Source of the DNA: Candidatus Nomurabacteria bacterium
Lineage (GTDB): Bacteria; Patescibacteriota; Minisyncoccia; Phycocordibacterales; UBA9973
Length of the DNA: 64,000 nt
Assembly (NCBI GenBank): GCA_031425235.1
Contig: JANPIZ010000008.1
Location: 91,377-155,376 of the forward strand
Reading direction: 5' to 3'
Shown: piece by piece, positions 57,199-64,000 of the stretch
Layout: each line of letters starts with the position of its first letter
How positions within the stretch are numbered: position 1 is the first letter of the stretch
The notes under the pieces: model-generated
Told to the model about the DNA's origin: nothing
Database searches by the model: none
What the model saw: only the letters and a program-made list of their open reading frames with translations
Position numbers and translations under genes: made by a program

Positions 57199-58665
57199 CT
57201 AACTACCGAAAGATTTCAATTTACTAAGCAAACTATGCTTTTCAAGATACGACTTGATATGCTTCCTGGCCATAGTAGTTTTCACGTAGTTAAGCCATTT
57301 GTTTGAAGGGTTAGAATTTTTGTTTATTATAATATTCACAATATCTCCATTTTTAAGTTTGGAAAATATCTGTGACATCTTGTCATTTATCTTTGCTCCT
57401 GAAGTATGATTACCGATATCAGAATGTATTGCATAGGCGAAGTCGATCGGAGTTGAATCTTCAGGTAAATCAACCACGTCGCCTCGCGGAGTAAATACGA
57501 AAATACGATCACTAAAGAAATCGATGTGCAGTCGCTCAATAAATTTTTTAGGCTGGCCAGGCGAATACTGGAGATTTTTCAAATCTTCGATCCATTGGAA
57601 TTTTAGTTTGCTAACATCTTTTTTCTTTTTACTACGCTCTTTGTACGCGAAGTGAGCCGCCACACCATATGTCGCTTCGTTGTGCATGTCTTCTGTTTTT
57701 ATCTGTATTTCTACGAAACTACCAGAGCCAGTAAAGACCGTAGTGTGCAATGATTGGTATCCATTTGGTTTTGGCAGGGCGATATAATCCTTGATACGAC
57801 CTGGTAAAGGAGTCCACATTGAATGAATAAGCCCCAGTACGCGGTAACACTCTTCTATATTTTCTACAACGACACGAAGCGCGACAACATCGTACACTTT
57901 ATTTATATCCATATCGTACTTCAAAAGTTTTTTGTAGAGACTATATTTATGTTTTACTCGATAGTCTATTTCAGTAAATTTTATTTTATTTTTTTCAAGT
58001 TCTTTTTTAAGTCGATCACTTACTTCCATTAAATTTCTCTGATACAACCCTTTGCTTTCTTTTAAAATTTCTTCCATCTCCTTATACTCTTTCGGGTATA
58101 CGTAGGGGAATGCGGCATCTTCTATTTCACCTTTTAATTTTCCCATCCCGAGTCGGTTGGCAAGGGGCGCATACACACTGATAGATTCGAGAGCTATGCG
58201 ACGACGTTTGTCTTCACGGACAAATTCTAATGTCTTCAAATTATGGAGCCGGTCAGCGAGTTTTATGATAACTACTCGCAGGTCGTTCGCCATTGCCATG
58301 AAAAATTTACGCAAACTCTCCACATGCCGCTCATACCCACTGTATTTTAGAGTCGAGAGTTTAGTTACACCTTTTATTAAAAATAAAATATCATCGTTAA
58401 ACTCTTTCTTGATTTGCTCTTCTGAGGTTTCGGTATCTTCTAAAACATCATGTAGCAACCCCGAAGCGATCGTTTGAGTATCCATGCCGAGAGCAGCGAG
58501 GGTTTTTGCTGTTTCAAAAGGGTGTACAAAATAAGGCTCACCTGAATTACGTTTTTGTCCTGCGTGAGCATTCTCGGCCACAATAAAAGCTTTTTTTATG
58601 AGCTCCTCATCTTTTTTATTAGCCTTGTTTGGCATGAGGCTTAGAATTTCTTTCACATCTGGCAT
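57199..58665 (-). CDS. rel: bifunctional (p)ppGpp synthetase/hydrolase Rel (HD + synthetase + TGS; no ACT domain)
   Basis: HD motif HDVLEDT, synthetase motif, and TGS (DRIFVFTPRGDVVDLP); 488 aa. Confidence 0.8.
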   Translation of the reverse strand: MPDVKEILSLMPNKANKKDEELIKKAFIVAENAHAGQKRNSGEPYFVHPFETAKTLAALGMDTQTIASGLLHDVLEDTETSEEQIKKEFNDDILFLIKGVTKLSTLKYSGYERHVESLRKFFMAMANDLRVVIIKLADRLHNLKTLEFVREDKRRRIALESISVYAPLANRLGMGKLKGEIEDAAFPYVYPKEYKEMEEILKESKGLYQRNLMEVSDRLKKELEKNKIKFTEIDYRVKHKYSLYKKLLKYDMDINKVYDVVALRVVVENIEECYRVLGLIHSMWTPLPGRIKDYIALPKPNGYQSLHTTVFTGSGSFVEIQIKTEDMHNEATYGVAAHFAYKERSKKKKDVSKLKFQWIEDLKNLQYSPGQPKKFIERLHIDFFSDRIFVFTPRGDVVDLPEDSTPIDFAYAIHSDIGNHTSGAKINDKMSQIFSKLKNGDIVNIIINKNSNPSNKWLNYVKTTMARKHIKSYLEKHSLLSKLKSFGS

Positions 58666-58725
58666 AGATGCTATTTTAGCATTTCTAAGAGCTATTCACA
58701 AAAATAAACACGTTTTAAATTTGAG

Positions 58726-61014
58726 CTATGCTATCTTATTTAATTTATGAGGGTTGTGCATTTTACATGCCTTATTACTACAACGCTCAGGAATTGTTTT
58801 CGTGCCTTCCATCATTAAACTACTGCATTCTTTACATATATTGCCGGTAGGTTTAGCTTTTATCGCAAACTTACATTTTGGATAGTTAGAGCAAGAGTAG
58901 AAAACACCAAATCTTCCACGTCTCTCTGAAATATCTCCAGTTTTACACTCTGGACACATTACTCCAGTTCGCTTTTTAGCTTCATCAGCCTCATCGCTTT
59001 TTACATATTTACATTTTGGGTACCTTGAACATGAAATAAATGTTCCTGAGCCATCTCTGCGTTCACGTACTACTAATTTACCACCCATATCTTTTTTTCT
59101 TTTACCTTCGGCTTCAGCCAAAGCTACTGCAGGCGAAGAACACTGTGGGCATGGTTCGCCAGTTTCCTTTGGGCCTTGTAGTTGAGTACCGTCGAGCATT
59201 AGTGCTCCATCACAATCAGGATATTTTGAACACGAATAAAATTTACCCACACGCGCGAGTTTGATGATCATCTCACTACCGCATTTGGGACACTTCATAT
59301 TTTCTGGAGCATCGCCCAGATTTGTCGCCTTATCGAGTTTGTCTTTTGCTTTCACTTCTTTCAAAAATGGTCCGTAGAAATCTTTGAGAGTTTTTTCATA
59401 CTCACGTTCCCCACGTGAAATTTCATCCAGTTCATCTTCCATCTCGGCAGTGAATGTATCAGAAATATAATTTGCAAAATGTGCTTCAAGAAAATCAGAC
59501 ACGACTTCGCCCGTATCGGTAGGGAATAACGTCTTGCCTTCTTTGTGGACATAGCCTCTGTCTTCAATTGTTCGCATAATAGATGCATACGTAGAAGGCC
59601 GACCAATACCTCGGTTTTCAAGTTCTTTCACAAGTCCCGCTTCGCTATAACGCCCTGGTGGTTCGGTAAATTTTTCTTCGCTTATCAAATTTAGTAATTT
59701 TAACTTTTCTCCAACTTTACATAGTGGTAACTCGACATCGTCACCTCGTGCACCGGTATCTACCTTGAGCCATCCAGGAAAAAGAAGTCGTGAACCTTTT
59801 GCATTAAAGTCTGTAATATCCTTGTCCTTGGCGCCCTGGTCGCCATGTGCACTTGGCGACCAGGTCGCCAAGTTAGCCAAATTTGCGGTAATTTTTGTTT
59901 TGAGTAACTTTGCATCGGTCATTTGTGAGGAAATAGCCCGCTCCCAAATGAGTCGATACAGTTTTTGTTGTTCGTCCGTGCCTGCATGCAACTTCTCTAT
60001 ATGTGTCGGTCGTATTGCTTCGTGTGCTTCTTGGGCATTTTTAGATTTTGTTTTATATGTCCTTTTTTCAGCATACTCGGTACCGTATTCTTTTTTTACA
60101 AAAGATAAAATCTGATCTTGGGCTGCCACAGATAAATTCGTACTGTCTGTACGCATATAGCTAATATGTCCAGCCTCATACAACTTCTGTGCAAGCTGCA
60201 TTGTACGCGAAGGAGAATAGCCAAGGCGAGAACTCGCTGTCTGTTGAAGTGTTGAAGTCGTAAATGGTGCCCGTGGTGAACGTTTTTGTTCTGATTCTTT
60301 TACGCCTAAAATGCTCCAAGTACCCGCTTTACCTGCTTCCATTATTTTTTCCACCAGCTTTTCATCTCGTGGTTCTTCACTGCATTCTAATGTTAGCTTG
60401 TCACCTTTGGCTGTATCAAAAAGTCCTCGTATTCTCCAATATTTCTCTGGAATAAAAGCACGGATTTCTCGCTCCCGCTCCATAATTATCCGAAGTGCAG
60501 GGGATTGAACCCGGCCTGCCGAAAGTCCGTAACGCACTTTTTTCCATATGAGCCCTGAAAGGTCGTAGCCCACGAGTCGATCGAGCACTCTGCGTGCTTC
60601 CTGAGCTTTACGTAGATGTGTATCTATTTTACGTGGATGCTTGAGTGCTTCTTCTACTGCGGCCTTAGTGATTTCATGGAAAGCTACGCGTTCAATTGGC
60701 GCTTTGATTTTTTTGTCTTGTTTTAAAAGCTCTTCGATGTGCCAGGCTATTGCTTCACCTTCGCGGTCGGGGTCAGTCGCGAGCAGTATATCAGTAGCTT
60801 TTTTTGCGAGTTCCTGCAATTCGTGTACTACTTTTTCTTTGCCTTTTGAGATTTCATAATGAGGAATAAATCCACCTTCGATATCGATAGCTGCCTTATT
60901 TGATTTTGGTAAGTCACGAATGTGTCCGACAGACGCACGAACAGTAAAAGCGCCTTCGAGATATTTCTCGATTGTTTTCGCTTTTGATGGTGACTCAACA
61001 ATTAATAATTTCAT
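58726..61014 (-). CDS. topA: DNA topoisomerase I with C-terminal zinc ribbons
   Basis: MKLLIVESPSKAKTI Toprim N-terminus, catalytic-Tyr region and multiple Cys4 ribbons. The ATG at 61012-61014 is preferred over the track's upstream start. Confidence 0.9.
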   Translation of the reverse strand: MKLLIVESPSKAKTIEKYLEGAFTVRASVGHIRDLPKSNKAAIDIEGGFIPHYEISKGKEKVVHELQELAKKATDILLATDPDREGEAIAWHIEELLKQDKKIKAPIERVAFHEITKAAVEEALKHPRKIDTHLRKAQEARRVLDRLVGYDLSGLIWKKVRYGLSAGRVQSPALRIIMEREREIRAFIPEKYWRIRGLFDTAKGDKLTLECSEEPRDEKLVEKIMEAGKAGTWSILGVKESEQKRSPRAPFTTSTLQQTASSRLGYSPSRTMQLAQKLYEAGHISYMRTDSTNLSVAAQDQILSFVKKEYGTEYAEKRTYKTKSKNAQEAHEAIRPTHIEKLHAGTDEQQKLYRLIWERAISSQMTDAKLLKTKITANLANLATWSPSAHGDQGAKDKDITDFNAKGSRLLFPGWLKVDTGARGDDVELPLCKVGEKLKLLNLISEEKFTEPPGRYSEAGLVKELENRGIGRPSTYASIMRTIEDRGYVHKEGKTLFPTDTGEVVSDFLEAHFANYISDTFTAEMEDELDEISRGEREYEKTLKDFYGPFLKEVKAKDKLDKATNLGDAPENMKCPKCGSEMIIKLARVGKFYSCSKYPDCDGALMLDGTQLQGPKETGEPCPQCSSPAVALAEAEGKRKKDMGGKLVVRERRDGSGTFISCSRYPKCKYVKSDEADEAKKRTGVMCPECKTGDISERRGRFGVFYSCSNYPKCKFAIKAKPTGNICKECSSLMMEGTKTIPERCSNKACKMHNPHKLNKIA
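59851..59873. repeat. 23-bp perfect palindrome inserted in frame in topA, with a degenerate tandem copy at 59826-59847
   Basis: acttggcgaccaggtcgccaagt encodes NLATWSPSA. The adjacent ccttggcgccctggtcgccatg encodes HGDQGAKD. Confidence 0.85.
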
Positions 61015-61194
61015 CCTGTAGTGAAAAATGGCATCGCGCCAAAGGCGCAAGCTATAAATAAAGATATTATGCTAATAAATTTTGCTTATTATTTTAAATA
61101 AAGCCGTCATAAAAATGCAATGCCATTTTCTACTACGGGATTCATCAGTGACTAGTATTACATGAAAGAGATTTTTTTTGCAAATTTAAAATTA

Positions 61195-61241
61195 AAAAGT
61201 ACATAAAAGAAAAACCGCCGAGACGATTTTTCTTCGTCTGC
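61195..61241 (-). terminator. Rho-independent terminator for the secreted-protein gene
   Basis: On the minus strand, accgcttgcagacgaag...tcgtctcggcggt is followed by TTTTT. Confidence 0.6.
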
Positions 61242-61252
61242 AAGCGGTTTGA

Positions 61253-61642
61253 TTAAAACGGATTTCCTGTTGTCGGAACAGGGGCAGGTGTAGGCTTCTT
61301 ATTTGTTGTTTTTTCCCTTCCAAAAAGAAGGTAAAGAGTTAAGATTCTTACCGGAGAATTAATTATCTGACTCCGAATAAATTCTTCTTTCGCAACAAAA
61401 AGAGGATACTCCTTTAATTTTTTATCTGCGCCCTCGCAAACATACGCAACTTTTCCAAGCCGTTTAGTTTTCCATTTGAAAGACGAAAACTTGGCTTTGG
61501 TAGTTGTGTTAATAAAAACCTCGCCGGGCTTGATGCCGGGAAAGTTTTCACTCCCAAAAACACACTGAACTTTTTTACTTTGCGCAAACGATGACAAAGC
61601 GAGCAAAAATACAAACACCACAAGGACTAACAATTTTTTCAT
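61253..61642 (-). CDS. small secreted hypothetical protein (signal peptide, Pro/Thr-rich C-terminus)
   Basis: MKKLLVLVVFVFLLALSSFAQS signal peptide. Confidence 0.5.
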   Translation of the reverse strand: MKKLLVLVVFVFLLALSSFAQSKKVQCVFGSENFPGIKPGEVFINTTTKAKFSSFKWKTKRLGKVAYVCEGADKKLKEYPLFVAKEEFIRSQIINSPVRILTLYLLFGREKTTNKKPTPAPVPTTGNPF

Positions 61643-61751
61643 TTTCTACAATCTCCTAAATTTATTTAAAGAATTAGTTTTAGGCTAAAAATCAGCCTAT
61701 CTCTATATATAGTAGCATCTTTTTGTGAAAAAGTCAAGTAAAATAACCTTA

Positions 61752-62666
61752 TTATATAAGCCTTATTTCACCCATTTCTTCTTTTATTACTTCTTTTATT
61801 TCCATCACTGAGATGACTGCATTTGCTTCTGCTGTTGGGATTTTAAGCTCTCTGATTAAATCATCTCTCGCCATTGGTTCTCGTAGTAGTTTTATAACTT
61901 TGCTTTCTTCTGGCGACAAATCAGCAAATAGCTTTTGTTGTCTCTCTTCATCTTTTGGCTTTTCAAAACCAAGAGCTTCGAGCACATCTTCAGCGCATGT
62001 TATGGGTGTCGCTCCTTGGCGGATGAGTTTATTTGTACCTTTTGAACTCGACGAAAATATTGACCCAGGTACGGCAAGTAAATCTCGATTGTATTCCACG
62101 GTGAGCCGCGCGGTAATAAGTGTACCTGAACGTTCTTCGCCTTCGATCACAAGCACTGCTTTTGAAATACCTGCCATGAGTCTGTTCCGCATTGGGAAGC
62201 TCCATTGGGTGGCTTTGAAGTCGGGCTCGAATTCTGAAATTAAACAGCCTCCATTGCTTACTATTTCTTCTATGAGGCCGATGTTTGTTTTTGGGTACAT
62301 CGCTTCGGCCGAAAGTCCGGAACCAGGAAATACGAGCGTTTTAAGTCCAGCACGCATAGCCGCTTTATGGGCAATGGTGTCGATACCCATGGCAAAGCCC
62401 GACACGATCGCAATAGGGTAACCTTGAAGTCCCGCGATTATTTTTTCACAGGCTTCACGTCCATAGCTCGTGAACTTCCGAGATCCAACGACACATAAAT
62501 ATACGAGGTCTTCTTTTGGGAGATCACCAATAATAAGTAAATTCAGAGGCGGCTGCGGTATTTCGAGTAAAGCCTTCGGAAATTCTTTTTTGGATAATTT
62601 TCTAATTTGCATAGAAATATTTCTACAAATTGTATATTTTGTAATTATATCAGTTTTATTGTACAA
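61752..62666 (-). CDS. dprA: DNA-processing protein DprA (Smf)
   Basis: Rossmann-like fold with GSRKFTSYG...GFAMGID motifs. The true start may be the internal Met at 62612. Confidence 0.8.
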   Translation of the reverse strand: MYNKTDIITKYTICRNISMQIRKLSKKEFPKALLEIPQPPLNLLIIGDLPKEDLVYLCVVGSRKFTSYGREACEKIIAGLQGYPIAIVSGFAMGIDTIAHKAAMRAGLKTLVFPGSGLSAEAMYPKTNIGLIEEIVSNGGCLISEFEPDFKATQWSFPMRNRLMAGISKAVLVIEGEERSGTLITARLTVEYNRDLLAVPGSIFSSSSKGTNKLIRQGATPITCAEDVLEALGFEKPKDEERQQKLFADLSPEESKVIKLLREPMARDDLIRELKIPTAEANAVISVMEIKEVIKEEMGEIRLI

Positions 62667-62674
62667 TATGAACC

Positions 62675-63985
62675 ATGTTAGACATCAAATTCATCCGTGA
62701 AAATAAAGACATCGTCCAAGCTGGTGCGAAGAAAAAACACATCGATGTTGATGTTGAAAAGCTTATCTCTCTTGATGACGAACGACTCAAAGTACTCAAA
62801 GAAGTAGAAGATTTGCGATCCGAAGTCAACACTGCATCAAATAATATTTCCCGCCATCAAGACCCTGCACTGAAAGCCCAGCTTATAAAAGAAATGACCT
62901 TGGTCAAGGAAGATATAAAAGCTAAAGAAGAAAAGCTAAAAGAAACTATAAGTGAGTGGCAAAAAATAATGTTGAAAATTCCAAACATTCCGTCTGTTGA
63001 CACCCCAGAAGGTGATGACGAAAATGGCAACAAAGTAGTACGTACTTGGGGAGAGAAGCCTACTTTTGATTTTACCCCAAAAGAACATTACGAAATTGGA
63101 AAAAACTTAGGAATAATAGACACCGAAACAGCAGGGCAAGTTTCGGGATCACGATATTCATATTTAAAAGGTGACTTGGTTCTTATGCAATTTGCTCTTA
63201 TTCAAATGTGCTTGGAGATTGTAACAAACGAAGAAATATTAAATCACATAGTAAAAAATGCAGGAATTTCAATAGCGCCTTCAAAATTTCTTCCCGTGAT
63301 ACCACCAGTATTTATTCGTCCACTTGTTCAAGTAAAAATGGCACGGTACATGACACCAGAAGAACATTATTTATTTCCAAACGACGACTTGATGCTTATC
63401 GGAAGTGCAGAGCATACTCTCGGCTCAATGCATATGAGTAAAATTTTTGAAGAAAACGAACTACCTATACGGTATGCTGGATATTCAACTGCTTTTAGAC
63501 GAGAAGCAGGAGCCGCAGGAAAAGATACAAACGGAATTTTAAGGCAACATCAGTTTGATAAATTAGAAATGGAAGTTTTTTCATTACCTGAAAACTCAAT
63601 GCAAGAACAAAATTTCTTAGTGGCAATTCAAGAGCATGTTATGCAAACTTTAAAATTACCTTACCAAGTAGTCGCAGTATGTACTGGTGATATGGGTTTT
63701 CCAAACACTCGCCAATTTGATATTGAAACTTGGATGCCAGGACAAAATAAATATAGAGAAACCCACAGCTCAGATTATACTGGAGGATTCCAATCTCGCC
63801 GCCTCAATACACGCGTGCGTAGAAGTGATGGAAAAATCGAACCTGTCCACATGAATGATGCTACTGTTGTGGCTATCGGGCGTACCCTGATTGCAATCAT
63901 TGAAAACTTTCAGCAAGCTGATGGTTCGATAAAAATCCCTGAAGCACTTCGCTCATATATGGGAGGAAAAGAGTTTATAAAATAA
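62675..63985 (+). CDS. serS: seryl-tRNA synthetase
   Basis: N-terminal coiled-coil arm and class II aaRS core motifs; 436 aa. Confidence 0.9.
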   Translation: MLDIKFIRENKDIVQAGAKKKHIDVDVEKLISLDDERLKVLKEVEDLRSEVNTASNNISRHQDPALKAQLIKEMTLVKEDIKAKEEKLKETISEWQKIMLKIPNIPSVDTPEGDDENGNKVVRTWGEKPTFDFTPKEHYEIGKNLGIIDTETAGQVSGSRYSYLKGDLVLMQFALIQMCLEIVTNEEILNHIVKNAGISIAPSKFLPVIPPVFIRPLVQVKMARYMTPEEHYLFPNDDLMLIGSAEHTLGSMHMSKIFEENELPIRYAGYSTAFRREAGAAGKDTNGILRQHQFDKLEMEVFSLPENSMQEQNFLVAIQEHVMQTLKLPYQVVAVCTGDMGFPNTRQFDIETWMPGQNKYRETHSSDYTGGFQSRRLNTRVRRSDGKIEPVHMNDATVVAIGRTLIAIIENFQQADGSIKIPEALRSYMGGKEFIK

Positions 63986-64000
63986 TTATTTTCACTCGAT

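Noticed and set aside
61813-62421. 202-aa plus-strand ORF opposite dprA
   Set aside because: It is antisense to DprA, which has clear family motifs.

Overview
The window is a 64-kb chromosomal segment from a low-GC, gene-dense, streamlined bacterium with a standard genetic code and mostly no Shine-Dalgarno sequences. The overall gene content suggests a Candidate Phyla Radiation (Patescibacteria/Parcubacteria)-like genome; this is an inference, not a database result. The backbone is housekeeping: a complete F1Fo ATP synthase operon (atpZ-like, atpBEFHAGDC), cell-wall genes (mraY, murF, murA, ddl, an SLT-domain lytic transglycosylase), translation factors (gatB, prfA, frr, serS, L25/L31/L33), segregation and repair genes (scpA/scpB, parB, topA, a priA-like gene, a holB-like gene, dprA, rmuC, a DnaQ-like exonuclease), obg, rel, miaA, rsmI, rseP, pepN, an HlyD-like adaptor/ABC permease/ABC ATPase efflux-type operon, and four tRNAs (Glu-CUC, Ile-GAU, Trp-CCA, Leu-CAA). 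Several features are not explained by ordinary annotation. (1) Two divergent 568-aa paralogues of an unrecognised cysteine-rich protein with the same zinc-ribbon-like motif at both termini and an internally duplicated Cys-repeat core; a free-standing 60-aa Cys-rich mini-protein lies near the second copy. (2) A 23-bp perfect palindrome inserted in frame into both gatB and topA, encoding the same nonapeptide; it resembles the palindromic elements known from Rickettsia. (3) Three families of repeated non-coding cassettes: a ~70-bp element with terminal inverted repeats that abuts the start codons of three unrelated genes, including a TrpR/YerC-like regulator; a 14-bp GTAC palindrome found twice; and a promoter-plus-leader that is 100% identical over 75 nt and drives two different secreted proteins, one of them anomalously GC-rich. 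(4) A 21-bp direct repeat containing the 3' end of tRNA-Glu that flanks a ~600-bp mini-island. (5) A free-standing archaeal-type ThrRS editing (trans-editing) domain. (6) A partial tandem duplication of the gatB 5' end and two candidate homopolymer frameshifts.
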